64,000 nt of DNA from an uncultured Verrucomicrobiae bacterium (GTDB lineage: Bacteria; Verrucomicrobiota; Verrucomicrobiia; Chthoniobacterales; Chthoniobacteraceae). How positions within the stretch are numbered: the first letter of the stretch is position 1; each line of letters starts with the position of its first letter. Below the pieces are notes generated by a model. It worked only from the letters and a program-made list of their open reading frames with translations. It was not told the DNA's origin and did no database searches. Position numbers and translations under genes: made by a program. Where the stretch lies: assembly GCA_963769025.1 (NCBI GenBank), contig CAVYKI010000003.1:1280001-1344000 (forward strand), written 5' to 3'. Shown here one piece after another: positions 51,920 through 60,253 of the stretch.

Positions 51920-52309
51920 TCAGACCTTTTTCACGCCGAGCGCCTTCAGCACACCCTTGTCGCCGACCTCCACCTTGAACAGCAGCCGCTGGCCTTTCTG
52001 GATGTTCACGTCGCGCAATTCCGCCGGCACGATGAGGCTCACGGGCTCCCCGTCGATCTCGACGGCAATGAGGCGCGCGCTTTTCGAATAGTGAAGCTGT
52101 TCTGCGACGACGCCCTCGAGCCGGTACACGTTTCCGCGGAGCGAATTCGAGTTCTGCATGTAGTCCGCCGCCGGAAATGGCGCGAGCGCGCGAAACGGAT
52201 CCGACACCGTTCCCTTCAGAGCCCAGCCGCCCACGATCGCCGCGACGGCGACGGCCGCCGCGATGGCGAACCACGCGGGATTGACGGATGAGCTGGCTCT
52301 GCGACCCAT
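51920..52309 (-). CDS. Membrane-anchored OB-fold-like hypothetical protein
   Basis: N-terminal TM; DYMQNSNSLRGNVYRLEG...NIQKGQRLLFKVEV. Confidence 0.75.
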   Translation of the reverse strand: MGRRASSSVNPAWFAIAAAVAVAAIVGGWALKGTVSDPFRALAPFPAADYMQNSNSLRGNVYRLEGVVAEQLHYSKSARLIAVEIDGEPVSLIVPAELRDVNIQKGQRLLFKVEVGDKGVLKALGVKKV

Positions 52310-52315
52310 CCGCGG

Positions 52316-52344
52316 ACGCTAGGAAACGACATCCGCATTGGCAA
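52316..52344 (-). promoter_or_regulatory. Sigma70-type promoter (leaderless geometry)
   Basis: Minus strand TTGCCA (52339-52344), 17 nt, TAGCGT (52316-52321), 6 nt, then ATG at 52309. Confidence 0.65.
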
Positions 52345-52402
52345 AAGGATTCGCGAACCGCGCAATCCTAGACAGGCGGCCATCGGCGGATATCGTTTCG
52401 GT

Positions 52403-52966
52403 GTGCGTGAACCGGACACAACGTCAACCACCCTCGCGGGCAGCATTCTGATCGCCCATCCGGGGCTGCTGGACCCGAATTTTCACCGATCCGTGATCAT
52501 CCTGCCGGACCACTCGGTGACGGACGGCAGCTTCGGCTTCATCTTGAACCGCCCGACCGGCCGCGTCATTGGCGACCTGCTCGCGGACAAGCCGCTCGGC
52601 CAGCTCGCGCGCGTGCCGGTCCTCAACGGCGGCCCGGTGAGTCCGGACCAGCTCGTCTTGGCGGCGTTCCGATGGCACCCGGGGACGAATGTGCTCGAAT
52701 GCCGCCACCACATCGCGCTCGAGGAAGCCGAGCAGCTCGTCACCAAGCAGCACCACACCGTGCGCGCATTTGCGGGCTGCGCAGGCTGGTCCGGCGGGCA
52801 GATCGAGGCCGAGCTGGCGCAACGTTCGTGGCTCGTGAAAAAGGCGGACCAAGAGGACGTGCTGGAAGTCTCCCGCGCGCCGCTCGTCTGGCGCGACCTC
52901 GCGAGCAGCTTCGGCCCGTGGTTCAAGATGGTCGCCGAGGCCCCCGACGATCCTTCACTGAACTGA
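52403..52966 (+). CDS. YqgE/AlgH family protein
   Basis: LAGSILIAHPGLLDPNFHRSV, GFILNRP, GGPV, GWSGGQIEAEL, PDDPSLN. Confidence 0.9.
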   Translation: MREPDTTSTTLAGSILIAHPGLLDPNFHRSVIILPDHSVTDGSFGFILNRPTGRVIGDLLADKPLGQLARVPVLNGGPVSPDQLVLAAFRWHPGTNVLECRHHIALEEAEQLVTKQHHTVRAFAGCAGWSGGQIEAELAQRSWLVKKADQEDVLEVSRAPLVWRDLASSFGPWFKMVAEAPDDPSLN

Positions 52967-52993
52967 CCGCGCGGGCACCCGCCGCTGTCTGCG

Positions 52994-55900
52994 CTACGGC
53001 GTCACCTGCACGCGATAGAAGCGCTGGGGACCCGTCGCACCCGCATCGAGGAACGCCCGCACGGTTCCATCGCCCGCCTGTGCCGTGCCGATGTTCGTCC
53101 ACACCGGCGCGCTGAGCGAATCGGCGCGCTGGAGTTGATACGAATGTCCCGCGTACGTCCGGGCCGACAGGGTGAATGTAGTCCCGCTCATGCTCGCCTG
53201 CGCTTGCGACAGCGAACTGGAGTCGATCACCACGCCGTTGTTTTCAAAATCCGCCGGCAGCACCTGCGCGCCCGTGAGCAGGTCGATGACGCCGTTGTTC
53301 ACGAAGTGCCCGCCCGCGTTCAGCGTGGCGCCGCCGGTGAAACGCATCGTGCCGTTGTTCACCACTTCTCCCGTGACGCTCAACGTGCCGCTCGTGCAGG
53401 TGATCGTGCCCGCGTTCGTCAGATCGCCGGTGATCGTGCCGCGGCCGGTGAGTGTCGCGGCCGCACTCACTGTCACCTCGGAAGTGGTGATGCTTCCGTT
53501 GGCGAGATCGAGCCTCGCGCCGGCGAGCACCTGGAAGACCGCGCCGCCATTCGCCAGCGAACCGCTGATGCGCAGCGTGCCCTGCTCGACCGTCGTCCCA
53601 CCATTCCAGGTGCATGCACCGCTGAGCGTCCACGTGCCCGCTCCGGTCTTCACATAGTTCGTCGTCGTCGCGGTGTTTTGCTCGGCGACGGTGCCTGCGA
53701 AAATCACGTCGCCGCCCAACGGTGTCTTGGCGCCAATCCGATAGGTGAAGTTGCGCCCGCCGGTGACGCCGCCCATGAGCACAGACGAGGAGGTGCCCGC
53801 AAGTTCGCCAATCTCGATCGTCGTGCCGGCACCGCCATTGAGGATGCCGGTGTAGCAGGCATACACTTTGTCGCCGAGGTTGACCGTCGCGAGCGGGAAA
53901 CCGGGAAAATTGTAATCCGTGCTCATGCGGAGATCGCCGCTCGTCGGGGTCCCGCCACCCGGCTCGGCATTCCCATCGGTCGTGACGTTGATGATGCCCG
54001 TGAAGGCCGACCAGTTGCTGTAGAGATCGGTCCGGATCCACGGCACACGGAAGTTCAGCGTGCCGCCGCCGGTGAGCGTGCCGTAGAGGTCGCAGCGCGA
54101 GTCGGCATTGAACGTGCCCGTCTGGCCTGCAGGGACGGCGAGCTTGAAGGTCGCGCCGTTGTAGGTGCTGAGGTTCGAAAACATCGAGAGGGTGCCGCCA
54201 TTGAATGTGATCGCGCCGGTGCCGAGGCCGTAGGCGTTGGCCGAGTCGTTGCCGAGGAGGATCGTGCTGCCTGCGCCGATCGTGGTCCCGCCGGTGAATG
54301 TGTTTCGCCACGAGTAGGTGAATGTCGCGGCCGAGTTCGCCGCAGTCACAGGCTGTGAAAACGTGAGCGTCGTGCCGCTGATCGCGGTGATGGTCGTTCC
54401 GACGGCGACGCCGTTGCCACTGACGGACATGCCCGCGGCTAGCCCGGTCGCATCCGTGACGGTCACGGAGGTGCTGTCCGCCGAGTTCGTGGAAGCGATG
54501 CCCACCGACGCGGGCAGCGTGATCGTGAGCGTGCCCGTGCCGCTCTTTGCGAGGACTGCGTCGCCCGTGATCGCCCCGTTGCCGCTGAAGGTGTAGTTCT
54601 TCGCGCTGCTGTTGCTGACGTTGATTGTCCGGGGCTGGACAAGGCCGGAAATCGCGACCGCCGCACTCGGCGCAGCATCGTCAAACGTGACGGCGTCGAC
54701 GTTGAGAAAATTCGGCTCCGCCAGCGTTCCACCCGTCCACCCGTTCGCGGTGGCCGAGGTGTCCACCTGCCAGAGATTGCCCGCGCTGCCGCTCCACGTG
54801 AGCGCGACGGCGCTGCCGGTGACCTCCAGCCACACGTCGCCGCCCGCTGTGCCTCCCGCGTTGCGTTTCACGGTAAACTTCTGACGGGTGCCGGTCGTTG
54901 GCATGTTCGACGCCAGGCTCACGCTGGTGATGTTGAGCGGCCCCGTGCCGGGGTTGTCGATGAGCATGTAGTTGCCGGCTCCGAGCACGCCGTCCACCAG
55001 GTTGATTTGAAAGTATTGACTGCCGGAAAGGGCCGCCGTGCCGTTATTGGCGATCACGATCTTGTCGTTCGTGCCAACGGGATTGCTCGTGAGGTCCAAC
55101 GTGTAGGTCGCGGCTGCTGCCGTGAGGCCATTGACGGTCAGCGCACCGGGTGACGCGCCGGCATTTGCTCCCGGGGCGATAATTCCACCCGAGGCGACTG
55201 TGAGGGTGTTTCCAAGAGCGCCGTTGAGGGACAAGGTCGCGCCGGATTGGACTGTCACCGGCGTGTTGCCAAGCACACCGTCCACCGCCAGCCGTCCTGC
55301 GCTGACGGTCGTCGCGCCCGTGTAGGTGCTCGTGCCGGCGAGCGCGAGCGTGCCGGTGCCGACCTTGTTGATGTTCGTGACGCTGCCCGAGCCGCCATTG
55401 ACGATGGCGCCGGAGAAGGTCGTGTTCGTGTTCAGCCCGCCGATGTTGTAGGTGCTGTTCGTGGTCCCGGTTTGCGTTCCCTGAAGCTGAGTCGCCGTGC
55501 CGGTGGCTGAAAGCGAGCCGATTTCGATGGGTGTGCTCGTGGTCCCGTTGCGGTTCATGAACTGGCTGCTGCCGCTGCCGAGATCAACCGCCACGGAAGC
55601 GCCGCCGAACATCGTGTTCGAACTGCCGCCGTTGAGCCGGATTTTGACGTTCCCCGTTCCGAGTTTGATCGATCCGGCGAAGCCGGTCCACGTGCCCGAG
55701 AGACTCCACAGATGCGACGATGTGCCATTGACGGTGACCTCCTGCGTTCCCGTCCAGTTCCCCGTCATGGTCTGTTGCGACCCCACCGAAATGATGGTCG
55801 GAGCATTGAATTCCAACGCATTCGCGGTGCCGCTGGCCAGAGTCAGCGATCCACCATTCATGGACATTTTCCCGGTCCCGCCCGCCGAGAAGTTGCTCAA

Positions 55901-57934
55901 CGAGAGCCAGCCCTCGTCCACGGAAACGGACGAAAAGCTGTTCGGCCCCGCATCGCTGAGCGTCAGCGTTCCGGCCCCGCGTTTGATCAGCTCCCCGGTG
56001 CTCGCGATCGCTCCCCCGGGGCCGCTCAATACATAATCGCCAGCCGTCACTGTGACGCTCCCGGGCTGCTGGCCGCCGCTGACGGTGACCGCCTGCTGCG
56101 CCACGCCAGTCTCGTCGAACGTGACGCGGTCGCCGGACGAAAACTCCACGGTCGCGCCGGTTGATTGTTGGATCCAGTTGGATGCGGTGCCGTCCCACAG
56201 GTTGCCCGCGCCCTTCCAGACGAGGTCGCGCGGCAGCGCGTTGGCCGCCACCACCATCGCAAATGTCTGCGTCCATGTGCTGCCCTCCGAATCCGTGACG
56301 GTGAACTCGAAGCGCGCACGGCCCGGAGTCGTCCCCGCGGTGAAGGTCGCGATGGCGTTGCCCGCGCCGCTCAGGATGACGGAGCCCCCGACGACATTTG
56401 CCACCGTAAAAGCCGGCGACGACGAAAACCCGCTGGAAAATTTCCGCAGATCGATCGTGAGCACGCTCGGCGAGCCGGTGAGGCTCTTCGGCAAAGTCCC
56501 GTGCGGGATCGCGAGGAAGTGCAGATACTCTTCGAGCCGCGTGTAACCGGCCGGCGTGGCCGCGGGGAAAAACGTCGTCCCGGTGATGAAGCCGCCGCTG
56601 CTCGCGAGCGCCGTCGCGTGGTCGTCCGTGCTGACACTCCATCCCAGCGCCGTCTCGTAGTAATCCGGCATCCCGTCCCGATCCGTGTCGGCCGGAGCAG
56701 CCGCCGTCTTCAGCGTGCCGAAGCCGCTGTTGCTCGCGCCGGTGTCGCTTTCGCGGGTGATATGGAAGCGGGTTCGAGTGACGAGCTTGGTGAGAAGAAT
56801 GGTGTCCACCTCGTCACGGAGCGTGCCGGTGTAGCCCGCATCCAGCCGCAACGCGCCGGCATTCGAGACGATTTTTTTGTAAGCAGTCAGCGCGTTGTCG
56901 GTCGAGACGCCCGCTGTGGAGCCCGCGATCGCCGACGCGGACTGCGTGTAGGAAGATCCCTCCACGATGGTGTAGCCCTTGTCAGTGCCGTTGAGGATTC
57001 CGTCGCCGTTGTTGTCGGTCAGATTGCCGCTGAGATGGACGGTGAAGTTCGGCAGTCCGTTCGTCGCGAGCGACGCCTTCTCGAGCGCCTTGCTGCGGAT
57101 ATTTCCCGGCGGGCAGATGAAGTAGTTCCCGATGACGTTCGCCTTGTAGTTCTGGACGCTCGTCGTGTCCCCCATGATGAAGCCGATGTCCCAGTCAAAG
57201 GTCACATTGTTGATCCATTCGAGCAGCCCGGTCGGGCGCGACTTCGGATTGCGCGTGTGATTGTGCGCCCAGAGGTTGTGATGCGCTGTCGCGTGGTTTT
57301 GATCCCAGAGGCCGCCGCACGAGTGGCTCTCCAGCCCCCACGCATTCAGCGAATATTGCAGCGTCACGTTTTCCGGCGGACTGCCAAAGCTGGACATGTT
57401 CTCGTCCGTGCTGAACTGCATCGAAACGTGGTCGAGAATTGAGTTCAACGAGCCGCTGTCGAGGTCCACGCAATCGCCGCTCGCGCTCTGTTTCCCGTAG
57501 CGGAATCGCACGTGGCGGATCACGATGTCGTCGCCGGAGATGCGGAAGAAGTTGTTGTAAAAACCAATCCCGTCTCCCGGCGCGGTCTGGCCGGCGATGG
57601 TGACTTTCGAAGCGGTCATGCGCGTGCCGTTCGATCCGCTTGGAAACCGGATGTAGCCGCTCACGTCGAACACAATCGTGCGTCCCGCGCTCGGCACCGT
57701 GGCGATGCCCTCCGCAAACGATCCCGTGCCCGAAGCGTTCAGGTTCGTCACATGATACACGTCCCCGTTGCGCCCGCCGACTGCGTAAGCACCGTAGCCC
57801 TCTGCGCCGGGGAACGCCGGGATCGCGCCGTGCGCGCCGGCGGCGCACGCGAACAGGACCGCGATGAAAAGGCGCGCAACGCGCCGGCTGTTGCGCAGAG
57901 GGGAAAAATGGCTGCTGTCGTCTTGGGGAGGCAT
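52994..57934 (-). CDS. Secreted pectate-lyase-like (PL1-type) protein with autotransporter-associated beta-strand (PATR) repeats, 1646 aa
   Basis: AFPGAEGYG...VTNLN...GQTAPGDG...DHVS...HHNLWAHNHTRNP lyase domain; DTDRDGMPD; repeats LIKRGAGTLTL, NKVGTGTLALAGTSTYTG, KTGAGTWTLSG; ends FYRVQVTP. Confidence 0.88.
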   Translation of the reverse strand: MPPQDDSSHFSPLRNSRRVARLFIAVLFACAAGAHGAIPAFPGAEGYGAYAVGGRNGDVYHVTNLNASGTGSFAEGIATVPSAGRTIVFDVSGYIRFPSGSNGTRMTASKVTIAGQTAPGDGIGFYNNFFRISGDDIVIRHVRFRYGKQSASGDCVDLDSGSLNSILDHVSMQFSTDENMSSFGSPPENVTLQYSLNAWGLESHSCGGLWDQNHATAHHNLWAHNHTRNPKSRPTGLLEWINNVTFDWDIGFIMGDTTSVQNYKANVIGNYFICPPGNIRSKALEKASLATNGLPNFTVHLSGNLTDNNGDGILNGTDKGYTIVEGSSYTQSASAIAGSTAGVSTDNALTAYKKIVSNAGALRLDAGYTGTLRDEVDTILLTKLVTRTRFHITRESDTGASNSGFGTLKTAAAPADTDRDGMPDYYETALGWSVSTDDHATALASSGGFITGTTFFPAATPAGYTRLEEYLHFLAIPHGTLPKSLTGSPSVLTIDLRKFSSGFSSSPAFTVANVVGGSVILSGAGNAIATFTAGTTPGRARFEFTVTDSEGSTWTQTFAMVVAANALPRDLVWKGAGNLWDGTASNWIQQSTGATVEFSSGDRVTFDETGVAQQAVTVSGGQQPGSVTVTAGDYVLSGPGGAIASTGELIKRGAGTLTLSDAGPNSFSSVSVDEGWLSLSNFSAGGTGKMSMNGGSLTLASGTANALEFNAPTIISVGSQQTMTGNWTGTQEVTVNGTSSHLWSLSGTWTGFAGSIKLGTGNVKIRLNGGSSNTMFGGASVAVDLGSGSSQFMNRNGTTSTPIEIGSLSATGTATQLQGTQTGTTNSTYNIGGLNTNTTFSGAIVNGGSGSVTNINKVGTGTLALAGTSTYTGATTVSAGRLAVDGVLGNTPVTVQSGATLSLNGALGNTLTVASGGIIAPGANAGASPGALTVNGLTAAAATYTLDLTSNPVGTNDKIVIANNGTAALSGSQYFQINLVDGVLGAGNYMLIDNPGTGPLNITSVSLASNMPTTGTRQKFTVKRNAGGTAGGDVWLEVTGSAVALTWSGSAGNLWQVDTSATANGWTGGTLAEPNFLNVDAVTFDDAAPSAAVAISGLVQPRTINVSNSSAKNYTFSGNGAITGDAVLAKSGTGTLTITLPASVGIASTNSADSTSVTVTDATGLAAGMSVSGNGVAVGTTITAISGTTLTFSQPVTAANSAATFTYSWRNTFTGGTTIGAGSTILLGNDSANAYGLGTGAITFNGGTLSMFSNLSTYNGATFKLAVPAGQTGTFNADSRCDLYGTLTGGGTLNFRVPWIRTDLYSNWSAFTGIINVTTDGNAEPGGGTPTSGDLRMSTDYNFPGFPLATVNLGDKVYACYTGILNGGAGTTIEIGELAGTSSSVLMGGVTGGRNFTYRIGAKTPLGGDVIFAGTVAEQNTATTTNYVKTGAGTWTLSGACTWNGGTTVEQGTLRISGSLANGGAVFQVLAGARLDLANGSITTSEVTVSAAATLTGRGTITGDLTNAGTITCTSGTLSVTGEVVNNGTMRFTGGATLNAGGHFVNNGVIDLLTGAQVLPADFENNGVVIDSSSLSQAQASMSGTTFTLSARTYAGHSYQLQRADSLSAPVWTNIGTAQAGDGTVRAFLDAGATGPQRFYRVQVTP

Positions 57935-57944
57935 GGACAGCCAC

Positions 57945-57976
57945 TCATTCCAAAAACCACGCGGCGGTTAGCAAAC
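57945..57976 (-). promoter_or_regulatory. Putative ECF-sigma promoter of the lyase/PATR gene
   Basis: Minus strand GTTTGCTAAC-N15-GGAATGA, 10 nt before the ATG; same layout at 60161-60192. Confidence 0.7.
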
Positions 57977-57989
57977 GAAGTCAGGCCAG

Positions 57990-59618
57990 TTACGGCCGCC
58001 CCTGCTCGTAGATGTGCCGGATTTCCTCAGCACTGAGTGCCGTCGAAAGCACCGCCATTTCATCCATGCGACCGTTGAAGTTCGATGGCGGATCCACGCG
58101 CTTGGGCGATTTCGCCCGCGCCCACTCCGGATCGCCGGGGCGCTCCAGACGGGTGCCGATGTCTGCCGCGGAAAGTTGCAGCGGCCCACGCGCGCTCATC
58201 ACCTTGCTGCCCACGGGTTCACCGTCGAGATAGTGCGTCACCGCGCCGGTCCCGCCGTCGAAGACACTGGCGACAAGAATCCACGAGCTGAAATTTTTCG
58301 GACCGACAACTGGCGGCGAGTGAAAAATGTCCCAGCCGCCTTCCGTGGTGGCCGCGGCCGGACGAATTCCCAGACCGATCGCGCCGTCGCCGTAAAGATA
58401 CCAATGCACTTCGCCGGGCTGGAAACTGTGTCCCATTACGAGCGAGTTCTGCTTCGCATGAAGGCTCCCGACACGCACCCACGCGAGCAGCGTCAGCGAC
58501 TCAAACTGTCCAGAAAGCGCGAACTCCAGCCGGTCTTCCTCGCGCTGGAATGTGAGCGCCTGTTTTCCCGGCCAGCGCCCCTCGGCGGGTTTGCAGCCGA
58601 CGACCTTCGCGTCGGAACCATTGGGTGCTCGCAGCGCTCGATTCGCGATTGCAGCGTTCGAGGCCTCGTCGAAATCCAGGTGCAGCACGGTGGCGGGGTG
58701 CCCATCAAGTTGCCGGCTTGCCATCCTCCATGCGCCGAGCCGGTCGCCCTTTTCGGCAAGCTCGCGGCGCGCAAGCTCGCCCTCGCTCAGGAAGGAAAAT
58801 GGCCGCGCGGAGATCGTCGTGGCTGCGCCACTCTCGATGCGCACGGCCTGATTCTCGCGCAAGTGGGCGGCGGATCCCGGCGTGGCCGCGTTGAGAAAAT
58901 CAACCTGCCCTGCAAAGACGTGCAGTTCGCCGATGCCAGCGAGCGCCAAGTCGCAGCCAAACTCCGTGCCGATGTCCACGGCAGTGAACTGCGGCGTCTC
59001 CACGGAAAAACCGCGCGCCGACTGCGGGACATGCGCGCGAAGTTTGCCGGCGCGGAGCGAGCCCGCGTTGTCGCCGCGCACCTCAAACTCCGCCGGCCCT
59101 TCCAGCACGACACGCGCGCCGCGGTCAAAAACCAGGACGACCGCGCCCTTTTTGAGCCGCAGCCAGCCCGGCTTGAGGCGGGCACCGGGAGCCATCGCCC
59201 CGGCGCTCCACTTCGCGCCAGCGGCTTGCGCGAGCGTGGCGACGGCCCCTGGGTTCCATGGCCAAATCACAAGCGCGAGCAATACGACAGCAGCAGCCGC
59301 GGCGATTCCCACCGCCCATCGCACGAACGGAAAGTGGACGATCCTTTTTTCACCAGTCCTCGCTGCCGGAGTCCTCCGCACCGTGCGTGTCACCGCCCGC
59401 GGCATCGGCGCGATGCGACGTTCCGCCTCCGCCGCCTCGCGCCCTGTTTCTTCCTCACCCCATTGCCTGAAAAGCCCCTGCCACTCCGCCGTCTCCCAAA
59501 ATCGCTGCCGCGCCTCCGCGTTTTCCCGCAGCACCGCCTGCAGCTCCGCCTTCTCTTCCGCGGCCAGTTCACGGTCGAAATAGCGCTCCATCAGCATGGC
59601 AAACCGCTCTTCGTTCAT
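57990..59618 (-). CDS. FecR-type anti-sigma factor with C-terminal LamG domain
   Basis: N-terminal anti-sigma helices, one TM, GARVVLEGPAEF...VDIGTEFG...LHVFAGQV (FecR), GRWPGK...FNGRMDEMAV...ALSAEEI (LamG); ATGA overlap with sigma stop. Confidence 0.88.
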   Translation of the reverse strand: MNEERFAMLMERYFDRELAAEEKAELQAVLRENAEARQRFWETAEWQGLFRQWGEEETGREAAEAERRIAPMPRAVTRTVRRTPAARTGEKRIVHFPFVRWAVGIAAAAAVVLLALVIWPWNPGAVATLAQAAGAKWSAGAMAPGARLKPGWLRLKKGAVVLVFDRGARVVLEGPAEFEVRGDNAGSLRAGKLRAHVPQSARGFSVETPQFTAVDIGTEFGCDLALAGIGELHVFAGQVDFLNAATPGSAAHLRENQAVRIESGAATTISARPFSFLSEGELARRELAEKGDRLGAWRMASRQLDGHPATVLHLDFDEASNAAIANRALRAPNGSDAKVVGCKPAEGRWPGKQALTFQREEDRLEFALSGQFESLTLLAWVRVGSLHAKQNSLVMGHSFQPGEVHWYLYGDGAIGLGIRPAAATTEGGWDIFHSPPVVGPKNFSSWILVASVFDGGTGAVTHYLDGEPVGSKVMSARGPLQLSAADIGTRLERPGDPEWARAKSPKRVDPPSNFNGRMDEMAVLSTALSAEEIRHIYEQGRP

Positions 59619-60148
59619 GGCGTCGCTCCTTCCGCAGCCAGACGCCGCTCAATGCATTCGCGCAGGACAGTCCGCGCGCGCGACAGTGCCACCTTCACCG
59701 CGTTCGCCGTCCAGCCCATGAGCGGCGCGATCTCCCGCGGCGGATGCCCATGCTGATAGGCGAGTGCCATCGCGCGCCGCGCCTGAGGGGCCAGCCGGTC
59801 CATGCAGGCCGGCAGGTGGCGCGAACGCTGGTCATTCGCTGAAAATTCCGGCGCAGCCTCCGCGAGCATTTCAATGAGATCCGGATCGAATACCAGCGGT
59901 TCGCGACCGGCGTCGCGGAACGACGCGAGCAGCCGGAAACGCGCGATCGAAAAAATCCACGCGCGAAAATTTGTGCCTTCGCGGAAGTCCCCGGCCTTTT
60001 GCAACGCGGTCAGAAAAGTCTCCTGCACCAAGTCATCCACGCGGTGAAAATCCGCCGTCAGCCCGAGCAAAAATCCACGCAGCGGCACGATGTGCTGGAC
60101 AAAAAGTCGCTGCACGAGCGCGGTCTGCTCTGGAGTCGGGACAGCCAT
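59615..60148 (-). CDS. ECF sigma-70 factor
   Basis: DDLVQETFL, GTNFRAWIFSIARF, CMDRL, ANAVKVALSRARTVLRECIERRL. Confidence 0.92.
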   Translation of the reverse strand: MAVPTPEQTALVQRLFVQHIVPLRGFLLGLTADFHRVDDLVQETFLTALQKAGDFREGTNFRAWIFSIARFRLLASFRDAGREPLVFDPDLIEMLAEAAPEFSANDQRSRHLPACMDRLAPQARRAMALAYQHGHPPREIAPLMGWTANAVKVALSRARTVLRECIERRLAAEGATP

Positions 60149-60160
60149 TGGGTTCGCCCT

Positions 60161-60192
60161 TTAGTCCGGCTGCGGGCGGATCGTTAGCAAAC
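60161..60192 (-). promoter_or_regulatory. Putative autoregulatory ECF-sigma promoter
   Basis: Minus strand GTTTGCTAAC-N15-GGACTAA, 12 nt before the sigma ATG. Confidence 0.7.
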
Positions 60193-60253
60193 AGAATTCC
60201 GGCCGCCGCGAGACGCGACAGCGCGGAGTGGACAGCGCCGGGAGGCGGGTTAA

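Noticed and set aside
3895..59756. Many long antisense ORFs (e.g. 3895..5754, 9777..11660, 36463..38760, 49002..51173, 58014..59756)
   Set aside because: Shadow ORFs expected opposite GC-rich genes; Arg/Ala/Gly-rich with no motifs
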